64,000 bases of DNA, taken from Candidatus Latescibacterota bacterium. Lineage in GTDB: Bacteria; Latescibacterota; UBA2968; GCA-2709665. This document shows, in pieces, positions 19,658-28,492 of this stretch (position 1 is the stretch's first letter; every line of letters begins with the position of its first letter). The position numbers and the translations under genes are program-made. The stretch lies in assembly GCA_965226795.1 (NCBI GenBank), contig CBDDDZ010000005.1, forward strand, positions 736,001 through 800,000, read 5' to 3'. The notes below the pieces were generated by a model that did not search any database, was not told the origin of the DNA, and saw only the letters and a list, made by a program, of their open reading frames with translations.

Positions 19658-19687
19658 CCTGTCTGCGTGCGTACACGCACAGGCAGG
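19658..19687. repeat. Hairpin insertion 4 (30 nt) CCTGTCTGCGTGCGTACACGCACAGGCAGG
   Basis: Exact removal restores LTSDSG; encodes the in-frame insert LPVRVRTQTG. Confidence 0.85.
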
Positions 19688-20095
19688 CTGGTCAGAATGC
19701 CCCCGTCGAAGACGGCTTCCACCTGTTTGCCCAAAAGACTTGCGAAAGACATCCTGTGATGTTTATCTTGAACATACACGGTAGTTTCCCCCCAGTTCAT
19801 TGTTGTAAGGTTATTTGCGTAACCATAATATAATACAATGACTTGGGTAAGGAAACTACCTTTTTTGTGAATTATTCAGGCTAAGTGGCATCCGCCCGCA
19901 TTCCGGAGTCACTTTTATCATCTTCCATTTGCATGCTGGCACGGCTCGGTTGCCGGAATCCCCACTGACGGGAGTCGCGTTCGATTGTAAAAGCGTTTCG
20001 TCCCTGTACGGGGCTGGGTAGGTCCGATTGCAGCGTCACAACACGGCGGCCGAAAATCGGTTGAAATTCCGGTTGGACGCCAGGAGGTGTCGGCT

Positions 20096-20923
20096 ATGAA
20101 GCTTGCGGTGTGCAATGAGTTTTTCGAAGGCTGGGAGATCGAGCGGGTGTTCGACTACGCCGCGCGTATCGGATGCGACGGAGTGGAGATAGCGCCGTTC
20201 ACCCTGGCCGAGTCGGTCCACGACATTTCATCCGCCAGGAGGGCGAACATTCGCCGTGCCGCGAAAACGGCGGGTGTGGAGGTCGTGGGGCTGCACTGGC
20301 TGCTGGTAAAACCCGACGGGCTATACATCAACCATCCGGATCGGCAGGTCTGGCAACGCACCCAGGACTATGTGAAGGCGCTGATCGATTTCTGCGGCGA
20401 CCTCGGGGGAAGCGTAATGATCCACGGCTCGCCGCAACAGCGGAATATCCAGGAGGGATGGAATGCTGACGACTGCTTCGCCAGGGCGGCGGAACTGTTT
20501 TCCGGATGCGCGGACTTGATGGCCGACCGGGAGGTGACGTATTGCATCGAGCCGCTTACGGATGAGGAGACCAATTTCGTGACCAGTGTGGCCGAAGCCT
20601 TGACGCTGGTTGAGGCGGTGGGACATCCTAATTTCCAGACGATGGTCGACTGCCGGGCGGCGGCCACGGAGGCCAAATCCCATACCGAGGTAATCGCCCA
20701 GGCGGGACAGGCCATGCGGCATGTACATGTAAACGACCCCAATCGGCGTGGACCCGGATTCGGCGAGCTTCAGTTTGCGCCCATCCTGAAGGCGCTGCAG
20801 GATCTGCGTTACAACGGGTATGTATCGGTAGAAGTGTTCGATTTCGATCCGGATCCGGAAACGATCGCCGCACGCAGCATAGGCTACCTGGAGGGAATTC
20901 TAGAGGGCCTTGCCACCGGATGA
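20096..20923 (+). CDS. Sugar phosphate isomerase/epimerase (ketose 3-epimerase-like TIM barrel)
   Basis: GVEIAPF, CIEPL, HVHVND and SVEVF motifs; AGGAGG RBS. Confidence 0.88.
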   Translation: MKLAVCNEFFEGWEIERVFDYAARIGCDGVEIAPFTLAESVHDISSARRANIRRAAKTAGVEVVGLHWLLVKPDGLYINHPDRQVWQRTQDYVKALIDFCGDLGGSVMIHGSPQQRNIQEGWNADDCFARAAELFSGCADLMADREVTYCIEPLTDEETNFVTSVAEALTLVEAVGHPNFQTMVDCRAAATEAKSHTEVIAQAGQAMRHVHVNDPNRRGPGFGELQFAPILKALQDLRYNGYVSVEVFDFDPDPETIAARSIGYLEGILEGLATG

Positions 20924-21045
20924 GACCCCGGGGGTCAAGCCGGACGGCCGACGCCGTCTTGCATCCCGATCATGAGGTTACGGCCATACGCATAGAGGGG
21001 ACTTCCGGTAGTAATGAAGTTCCACCCCGGTAGATCCGGGCGGGA

Positions 21046-22482
21046 TCAGAATTCTCCCGTGTTTTCTTTCGCAATGGGTGTGAGGCGCAGTACCGTTCCG
21101 GGGTTGTTCAGTACGACGTAGATGGCGCCGTCCGGCCCGCTGGCCACGTCGCGCACGCGGCCGGCATTCTTGAGGATGGTTTCCTGGTAGATCACTCGGT
21201 CGGTTTCAACCGTGAGCAGACGGACCTCCTCATACGCGAGGGCGCCGACAAGCAAACGGTTCTTCCACCGCGGGAAAAGGTCGCCGCGATAGAAGTCGAT
21301 GCCGCACACGGCGATGGAGGGCCGCCAGAACAGGACGGGTTGTTCCAGGCCGGGTTTGCGCTCGAACTCCGAGACGAGGGTCCCGTTGTAGTTTCGGCCA
21401 TAGGTGATTGCCGGCCAGCCGTAGTTTATTCCTGCCCGGATGAGGTTGATTTCATCGCCACCCATGGGTCCGTGCTCGCTTTCCCATAAAGCGCCCGTAA
21501 CCGGATGCACCGAGAGTCCCTGCGGGTTACGCTGGCCAAAGCTGAATACCGTGGGGAGGGCGCCTTTCCGCTCCAGGAAGGGGTTGTCATCGGGAATCCG
21601 GCCGTCCCGGTGGATGCGGTGGATTTTGCCGCCGGGCCGGCTCAGGTCCTGCGCATGACGGGGAATCCCGCGGTCTCCGACCGGGAAGTAGAGATAGCCC
21701 GCCGGATCGAAAACGATGCGGCACCCGTAGTGGTGCCGGGTTCTGCCATAGGTCTCGTTCGGGGCTTCGTAGATGATCTGCTGATCGGTCCATGAGTTGT
21801 TTTTCAGACGACCCCGTACGAGGCGTGTCATGGCGGGCGGACGGTCGCTATTGGCGGTGTCCTTCAACGCATGGCTGTAGGACAGGTAGATCCAGCCGTT
21901 TTCCGAATAGGCGGGATCGACGGCCACATCCATCAGCCCGCCCTGCCCCTGGTGCAGAACCTGTGGTGTATCCGACACCGGTTCGGGCCGAAGCACGCCG
22001 TTCTTCACCACGCGAAGCCTCCCGGGTCGCTCGGTGATGAGTGCGGTGGCCGCATCCGGAAAGTCTATTGACCAGGGTATCCGCAGGCCTTCCACCCAGC
22101 GTTGAACGCGGATTCGGTAGTCGTAGGTTTCGAGGGTGTCCGGTATGGGCGGTCTTGTGGCGCCTGCGGATTTTTCGATCTCCCTGATATAGGCCGAGAT
22201 GGCGTTGATCTGGCCCCCGGTGAGCAGTTCTCCGAATGCTGGCATTCCCTGCTGGACGATGCCGAACCTGATGTTTCGAGCGATGTTCCCGCGTCCGCCG
22301 TATATCCAGACGCCGTCAATCAGACTGGGCGCGCTTCTGCCCTCCAGGTTCTGCCCGTGGCAGGCTGCACAAACCTGTTCATAGAGGGTCTGGCCGTCTG
22401 AAGACGAATCGCCGCCCGCAATTGGGGGGCTGCAGAGGACGCACAAGGCGCACAGCAGGAAGAAGCCTGACACTCGTAGCAT
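21046..22482 (-). CDS. PQQ-dependent sugar dehydrogenase (GSDH family) with N-terminal cytochrome c
   Basis: Signal peptide, CAACHG heme motif, GQGGLMDV, RNPQG, EHGPMGGDEIN and GRVRDV. Confidence 0.92.
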   Translation of the reverse strand: MLRVSGFFLLCALCVLCSPPIAGGDSSSDGQTLYEQVCAACHGQNLEGRSAPSLIDGVWIYGGRGNIARNIRFGIVQQGMPAFGELLTGGQINAISAYIREIEKSAGATRPPIPDTLETYDYRIRVQRWVEGLRIPWSIDFPDAATALITERPGRLRVVKNGVLRPEPVSDTPQVLHQGQGGLMDVAVDPAYSENGWIYLSYSHALKDTANSDRPPAMTRLVRGRLKNNSWTDQQIIYEAPNETYGRTRHHYGCRIVFDPAGYLYFPVGDRGIPRHAQDLSRPGGKIHRIHRDGRIPDDNPFLERKGALPTVFSFGQRNPQGLSVHPVTGALWESEHGPMGGDEINLIRAGINYGWPAITYGRNYNGTLVSEFERKPGLEQPVLFWRPSIAVCGIDFYRGDLFPRWKNRLLVGALAYEEVRLLTVETDRVIYQETILKNAGRVRDVASGPDGAIYVVLNNPGTVLRLTPIAKENTGEF

Positions 22483-22607
22483 GAATTCTCCTTTGAGACT
22501 GTCGAAATGTGGTCATTGCGTGCGTTGACGCTTGACGAAACGAGCTTGTCGAAGCGCCCGCGTTTCGTTACCCCCGTGTAACAGCCCGATAAAAATCCGA
22601 GGAATCC

Positions 22608-23636
22608 ATGGCAGAACCGCTACAACCGGTAGGCGTCGCCGTTATCGGCCCGGGCAGGATGGGCGGTCTTTACGCTCGAATCCTCCATCAGTCGGCGCTG
22701 ACGAGGCTGGTTGCCGTCTGCGGCCAGAGGGAGGTCACCGCCCGGAAGGTGGCGACTGAAATGGGGGTGCCGGTCTATACCGGGGCCCGCTACCGCGACA
22801 TGCTCTCAGACCATCCGCAGATTGAAGCGGTCGTTGTGGCCACCTCCGAATGGGCGCACGCGGACCCCGTTGCGGCCTGTCTGGAGTCCGGGAAGCACGT
22901 CCTTGTAGAAAAGCCGATGGCGACGTCTCCTTCAGACGCCGTCCGGATGGTGCGTGAAGCGGATCGGAACGGCGTGCAACTTATGGTATGCCACAGCCTG
23001 CGTTTCGACCCCCGGTTCGCCGCCATGCGTGAGGCGGTCGTCCGCGGCGAAATCGGCGAAGTTCTCCACCTGTACAGCCGCAGATCCTCGCAACCCGCCG
23101 CCGTGGACAGGGCGCTCGGCCGATTTCCGCTGGCCTATTGGCTGCTGCCGCACGATATCGATCTGGCGCTCTGGACGTCCCGAAGCACGGTTGTGCGGGT
23201 GATGGCCTTCGCGCGATCCGGCGGGCGGCGCCGGCAGGATCTGATCGTTGTCGTCCTAACCTTCGACTGCGGCGCGGTTGCCGTTCTGGAAAACGTATGG
23301 GGATCGCCCGTCCGTGGTGGACGGCCTCAGAACCAACTCTTCACCGTACGCGGCACGGCCGGGGCCGCGGAGGTCCTTCCGTACGAGAACGGTCTCGCGA
23401 TTTACGGCGCCGCCGGCGTCGAGTATCCCGATACGTCCGTCGCACCCGACGTTCAAGGTCAGACGGAGGGTATGTCTCGTTCCCTGATCCGGCACTTCGC
23501 GGGGGTGGTACGGAACTTGTGGAAGCCGCTGATTACATCCCGGGACGGACTGGCGGTCGTCCGGATCGCCTCTGCGGTCGATGCCTCGCTGAAGGAGGGC
23601 CGCGAAATTACCATTTCACCGATGGGGGATGCATGA
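22608..23636 (+). CDS. Gfo/Idh/MocA family oxidoreductase
   Basis: GPGRMG and GKHVLVEKPMA motifs. Confidence 0.9.
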   Translation: MAEPLQPVGVAVIGPGRMGGLYARILHQSALTRLVAVCGQREVTARKVATEMGVPVYTGARYRDMLSDHPQIEAVVVATSEWAHADPVAACLESGKHVLVEKPMATSPSDAVRMVREADRNGVQLMVCHSLRFDPRFAAMREAVVRGEIGEVLHLYSRRSSQPAAVDRALGRFPLAYWLLPHDIDLALWTSRSTVVRVMAFARSGGRRRQDLIVVVLTFDCGAVAVLENVWGSPVRGGRPQNQLFTVRGTAGAAEVLPYENGLAIYGAAGVEYPDTSVAPDVQGQTEGMSRSLIRHFAGVVRNLWKPLITSRDGLAVVRIASAVDASLKEGREITISPMGDA

Positions 23637-24016
23637 TCCGATCGATCGAGCATATCGCAATTGTTGCGGCCGATTCCAACACGCTCGCCCTGTGGTACTG
23701 CGACATCCTTGGCTTTGAGATGATCCTTGAAAACGACGAAAGCCAGACCTATTTCTTGCGCCTTCCAGGCGGAGGCATTCTGGAGTTCCTGCCGTCAAAC
23801 GACCTGCCGCCCGCGGAGAGCGCCGCCGACGACGCGGGCATCCGGCATATTGCGTTCTCCGTGGACGACTTCGATTCGGCGTGCCGGATGCTGGAGGACC
23901 GTGGCGCCGCATTTGTCGGGCCGTACCGCGAGACGTCTACAGGAACCCGGTTCAACTTCCTGGCGGATCCCGAAGGCAATCTGCTGCAGATTGTGTACCG
24001 GCCTGAGCCCTTGTGA
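23633..24016 (+). CDS. VOC/glyoxalase family protein
   Basis: IEHIAI, GIRHIAFSVDD and DPEGNLLQI; ATGA overlap with the upstream gene. Confidence 0.88.
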   Translation: MIRSIEHIAIVAADSNTLALWYCDILGFEMILENDESQTYFLRLPGGGILEFLPSNDLPPAESAADDAGIRHIAFSVDDFDSACRMLEDRGAAFVGPYRETSTGTRFNFLADPEGNLLQIVYRPEPL

Positions 24017-24067
24017 CATCGGGGCCGACCGTATTGACGGGCGCGCCGGATCCGATACTCGACCGAT

Positions 24068-25150
24068 TCAATCCTTACGTTGATATTTCGGCTGCCGGGG
24101 CGTCCTGTTTCTTTGCAGTCGGTACCGGCTCCCAATCAGCGGCAATTCGACCCTTGCCCCGCCCCGGACATGCGATTCGACAAACGCGAAGATAAGTTCG
24201 GTATTGGCGCGCGCCGTTCTGACGCCGCCGCGCGGCGGTTCGCCGGTGTCCAGCGAGTGGACGAGGTCTTCGATCAACCGAACGGTTGAACTGGCAGGCT
24301 CGAAGGCCGGAAATTTTCGCGGTGCCAGCACAGACCGACCGCGATGGTCCTCGGCGCCATGTTCGCGCACGTGCCATTCCTTGCCGTTGCTCGTGCCCGT
24401 GACCACGCCGCTGTCGCCCACCGCCTCCACTTCCATGCCTCTTCCTGAATTCAGCGCGTATGCGGTAACGCCGTTTTCGAATTGCAGGATGCCGTGTCCG
24501 ACCGGGTCCTCAGTCAGGCGTTCGCCGTCGATCACCTGATCCCCGTTTGGCAGATGGGCCTGAACCCACAACACGGGATTGTCGCTGTTGAGCCTTGTGA
24601 GCGCGTCGAAGCTGTGACTGGCTCCATTAAAGAGTGGGCCGGTCTGATGGACGATCAGCGACCGCAACCGGCCTATCCGTCCGTTGTCGATCACGTCCTT
24701 CATCGCGTCGTATCCAGGATCCCAGCGCCGGTTGGTGCCCATGTTGAAAATCGCACCGTTACGCTCGAGTGCATCCACCATCGCGTCCGCTTCGTCGAGC
24801 GATGCGGCCATGGCCTTTTCTCCATAGATCGCGCGGACCCCCCGGTCGGCCGCATCGACGACGATTTCAGCGCGCTGCTCGGGCTGGGTTGCAACGCTGA
24901 CGATATCGGGGCGCTCGCGTTCGATCATCTCCTTGTAATCGAAGTACTGCTTGTCGTCAGGCACGCCGTAGCGGAGTCCGACCTGTTTCATCGCATCGCC
25001 GCGTAAATCCGAACAGGCGATCATTTCCGTACGGTCGCACGCCTCGTATCCCGCCGCATGCGAATAAGCGCCAAAGGAATCCGGTACTTCGTTGTCGATA
25101 AAGGCTCCCATTCGACTACACCCGATCAGCGCGGCCCTGTAGATTTTCAT
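24068..25150 (-). CDS. Gfo/Idh/MocA family oxidoreductase
   Basis: ALIGCSRMG, PDIVSVAT and EKAMA motifs. Confidence 0.88.
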   Translation of the reverse strand: MKIYRAALIGCSRMGAFIDNEVPDSFGAYSHAAGYEACDRTEMIACSDLRGDAMKQVGLRYGVPDDKQYFDYKEMIERERPDIVSVATQPEQRAEIVVDAADRGVRAIYGEKAMAASLDEADAMVDALERNGAIFNMGTNRRWDPGYDAMKDVIDNGRIGRLRSLIVHQTGPLFNGASHSFDALTRLNSDNPVLWVQAHLPNGDQVIDGERLTEDPVGHGILQFENGVTAYALNSGRGMEVEAVGDSGVVTGTSNGKEWHVREHGAEDHRGRSVLAPRKFPAFEPASSTVRLIEDLVHSLDTGEPPRGGVRTARANTELIFAFVESHVRGGARVELPLIGSRYRLQRNRTPRQPKYQRKD

Positions 25151-25540
25151 GGTTTTACTCTCCACCTTATTGACGGGTTTCTGTCCGAGCCCAGAGGGAA
25201 TTTTCAGGTTCGGCCAAGCCGAAACCCGCGCCGCATCGGAGTCCCCGAAAACTCGATCAGGCGTTTCCATGCGCGGGGTCGCCAATATTCGACCTTCGGG
25301 CGGGGATGTCAAGGGCAAACGACTGAAAGGGACCGGCAATGCCACCCGGAATCAGCCGCTCAAGAATGCGCCATATCTCCCGGAATGACCCTTCGCCCGC
25401 GTTGAACCTCGATCAGCCCGGCCTCAAAGCGGTCCTTGAGGCGGCCGCGTGCGCGCCGCTGGAAGGATGCCTGTTCCGCCTTGGGGGGCGCCCCCCCTGC
25501 TTTGCGGTGAGAAAAACCGGGAGAAGTCCCGTGGATCGTT

Positions 25541-26025
25541 TTGAGCGGCACCCAGGCGCTGGATGCCGTCGCGCATCAAGCGACCGCCGAGACCATTCGG
25601 GCATTCGAGGAGACGGGTTCGCCCGTCATCAGCGACGGCGAACAATGCAAGTTCGGCGGTTTCGACTTTTATTGCCTGCACGGAGCGGATAATATCGCTC
25701 CCGATGGCATAGAGGTTCGGTTTTCGGATGGTCACAGCCGGCAACTTCCGCGTCTGACATCCGGACGCTCATCCGACCCGCTCACCGCGTCTTCGTCGGC
25801 GTTATCGATGCGATCAATCCCCGCGTGGAGTCGCCCGAGGAAGTGAGAGACCGCGTTGTGGAGGCGGCCAGATACATACCGACAGCGCGTCTGGGCACAA
25901 CGGACGATTGCGGTTTTTCGCCCTTTGCGGATGACCTGTCCACCTCCCGCGAACTGACATTTGCCAAAATCCGCGCGCGGGTGGAGGGTACACGGCTCGC
26001 GGAGGATGCGCTCCGGGGAGCCTGA
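25541..26025 (+). pseudogene. Remnant of a cobalamin-independent methionine synthase II (MetE-like) gene with internal deletion
   Basis: TGSPVISDGEQ and GHSRQLPRLTSG joined out of frame to VESPEEVRDR and LGTTDDCGFSPF; N-terminus and middle missing. Confidence 0.75.
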
Positions 26026-26124
26026 AAACGACGGGTCGTCGCCTGTCAATATATGCGGCGCGTGAGCGGGAAGCCCGGGCGAATCGGCGGCCGCCGGAAG
26101 CAGCGGTACGATCCCACATTCCGC

Positions 26125-26153
26125 TTGACTTCGCCCCTGATTTCGTATAGATT
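26125..26153 (+). promoter_or_regulatory. Sigma-70 promoter upstream of tRNA-Val
   Basis: TTGACT-N17-TAGATT. Confidence 0.55.
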
Positions 26154-26286
26154 TACGTTTTGGAAAAACAAATGGGATGGAGCCGTCGATACGAAATGAC
26201 GCCAGTCCCGCCTGTGGAATTCCAATGGACCTCGAATTGGTTGTGTCCGGTTTCCGGGTGCTTTACATGACCGGTTTGCAATGGAT

Positions 26287-26363
26287 GGGCGATTAGCTCA
26301 GGTGGTTAGAGTGCTTGCTTGACATGCAAGAGGTCACTGGTTCGAGTCCAGTATCGCCCACCA
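26287..26363 (+). tRNA. tRNA-Val(GAC)
   Basis: Cloverleaf, anticodon loop TTGACAT, GGTTCGAGTCC, CCA end. Confidence 0.97.
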
Positions 26364-26380
26364 TTTTTTACTGAAATTAA

Positions 26381-26414
26381 AAGGCTTGCGATAAGAATAT
26401 CGCAAGCCTTGTTT
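26381..26414 (+). terminator. Terminator-like hairpin after tRNA-Val
   Basis: 13-bp stem AAGGCTTGCGATA/TATCGCAAGCCTT followed by a T-rich tail. Confidence 0.7.
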
Positions 26415-26554
26415 CGTTTTTATCAGTCGCGTTCCAATATCCCTTTCTGGATGAACCATGGCGGGAACGACCCGGCATGCATCCATCGTGAAAGGAATAA
26501 CGACCTGCGTGCGGATCGAGTCTCGGGGCAAACCACCTGTGATGCCCGAAACCG

Positions 26555-27862
26555 TTGAGTTCCCGGCAGCGGATGTTTTTCGTCGTTGTGCTTGCTTTGG
26601 CAGTCGCATTTCAGTACGATACCGCCAAGCCGTCGCCAGGTCGGGAACCATTGGCTTTAGCGAGAAAACCCATGGTCACCTCGGCAGGAGGAACAGGGTC
26701 TGTGCAGGAAACAAGCCAGCAGGAAGCGCGGTGTTCCGAAGATCTGAACACGTCGCCGTTGGGCTACGGGAGCGCGATTTTCAACAGGAGGAAGTTCGTT
26801 CAGGTACTCAACGATATCCACGGTCAGACGGATGTGGATGCACTGCGCAAAAGAACGTTGAGTGTTCGTAACGTCGTCGAATCTCCTGAACGCAGTTCTG
26901 ACGGTTTCTCGGAACCGAGTCCGGGGCGCGATACCGTTTCGTTGCGAAGGGATGTGCTGGTTTCGGAACTGAATCAGATCCTGGAGGCACGGACGATTGA
27001 ACGCGCAAGGTATTACGTCAATCGGTTGCGTGACGGCGTCCAGAAGGTCAGGAAGATGGAGATAAACGACATCAATCTCCTGCGGTGGAAGGAGTATGAG
27101 AACGTCGTCACGGACAGCTTATGGGTTATTGACCGGCGGGATTCGTCCGGCGGACATCTCGGATGGTATTGGGGCAACTTTGTCCCCCAGATACCTCAAC
27201 AGATGATGCTCCGATACACCCGCCGGCAAGACTGGGTGATCGATGCATTCGCGGGCAGCGGTACGACGCTGATCGAGTGCAGGCGGCTCGGGCGGAACGG
27301 CATTGGGCTGGAACTCAATAAGGGAATCGCTGCGGAGGCTGAAAAGCTCGTTGACACAACACGCAATGACGACGAAGTGACAACGAAAATCGTGGTTGGC
27401 GACAGCCGAAAGATCGACATTCGCGGCGCACTGGAGAAGAATCGCGTCAAGCAGGTGCAGCTTCTGATCATGCACCCCCCCTACCACGACATCATTCGAT
27501 TTTCCGACGACAGCGGTGATCTTTCGAACGCCGGGAGCACGGAGCGATTTCTTCAAATGTTCGGTCAAACGGTGGATAACCTGACACCGTATCTGGAGAC
27601 CGATCGATACTTTGCTCTGGTCGTCGGAGACAAATATTCCAGGGGCGAGTGGATGCCGCTCGGGTTTTATTGTATGAATGAAGTGCTCAGGAGATCCTAC
27701 GCGTTGAAGAGCATCGTTGTCAAGAATTACGACGAAACCAGATCCAAACGACACCAGGCGGAACTCTGGCGATACCGTGCCCTTGCCGGCGGTTTCTACG
27801 TTTTCAAGCACGAATACATATTTATTTTCAGGAAAACCGGCGACGCGTCAACCCGTGTCTGA
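26555..27862 (+). CDS. Orphan N4/N6 DNA methyltransferase-like protein (start uncertain)
   Basis: GNFVPQIP, DAFAGSGTT (motif I) before HPPY (motif IV), KHEYIFIF. Confidence 0.82.
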   Translation: MSSRQRMFFVVVLALAVAFQYDTAKPSPGREPLALARKPMVTSAGGTGSVQETSQQEARCSEDLNTSPLGYGSAIFNRRKFVQVLNDIHGQTDVDALRKRTLSVRNVVESPERSSDGFSEPSPGRDTVSLRRDVLVSELNQILEARTIERARYYVNRLRDGVQKVRKMEINDINLLRWKEYENVVTDSLWVIDRRDSSGGHLGWYWGNFVPQIPQQMMLRYTRRQDWVIDAFAGSGTTLIECRRLGRNGIGLELNKGIAAEAEKLVDTTRNDDEVTTKIVVGDSRKIDIRGALEKNRVKQVQLLIMHPPYHDIIRFSDDSGDLSNAGSTERFLQMFGQTVDNLTPYLETDRYFALVVGDKYSRGEWMPLGFYCMNEVLRRSYALKSIVVKNYDETRSKRHQAELWRYRALAGGFYVFKHEYIFIFRKTGDASTRV

Positions 27863-28492
27863 TTCTTTCCTGCGTCGTCTCAAGGCATCGGGAGTCTGGT
27901 CGTCTCAGGAAGTAAGCCTGCGACACGTATGTTTGCAGAAAGTATACGAAATTACCTGACGACACCGTCCATGACATAATAAGTCTGCACTTGCGACAGG
28001 AAAAACAGTGATTCCGAACCCGACGGCTGCAACCGCGGGCGGCACGTCCGCACCTTCCCAATCGGGGCACGGATTTGGCACGGCGCCTGTCTTTCTCGCG
28101 TCGATCAGCACGATCCTCGGGGCCATCCTGTTCCTTCGATTCGGATACGCCGTTGGCTCATGCCGGTCTTTGGGGCAGTCTTATGATCGTCGTTCTGGGT
28201 CATCTGGTGACTATCCCCACGGTCCTGGCGGTGTCTGAGGTTGCGACCAACCGTCGCGTGGCCGGTGGGGGAGCATACTACATCATCAGCCGGTCGTTCG
28301 GCACAAGTATCGGCGGTTCGATCGGTATAGCACTGTACCTTTCCCAGGCGATATCGGTCGCGTTCTACCTGGTCGCGTTCGCAGAGGCGTTCCAGCCGGT
28401 CTACGAGTTGGCTTCCTCGACCTATCAGGTTAACGCCGATCCACGTTGGGTGAGTCTGTCCAGTGCAATCCTGCTCGTCGTACTGATGCTAG

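Larger units (their letters stand above)
18340..19779 (-). pseudogene. IS1380-family DDE transposase broken by hairpin insertions
   Basis: GYEDANDC, LASQPTMSRFEN, LDIDDT, LRGDSHF and FEANHFRLFL spread over three ORF fragments. Confidence 0.9.
16233..19880 (-). mobile_element. IS1380-family element (inactivated) carrying a nested group II intron
   Basis: 13-bp perfect terminal IRs CCTGAATAATTCA (16233-16245) and TGAATTATTCAGG (19868-19880); flanks TTAA/CTAA; transposase remnant inside. Confidence 0.88.

Noticed and set aside
18453..19687. Hairpin repeats as a CRISPR array
   Set aside because: Irregular spacing of hundreds of bp, variable centres, located inside a transposase
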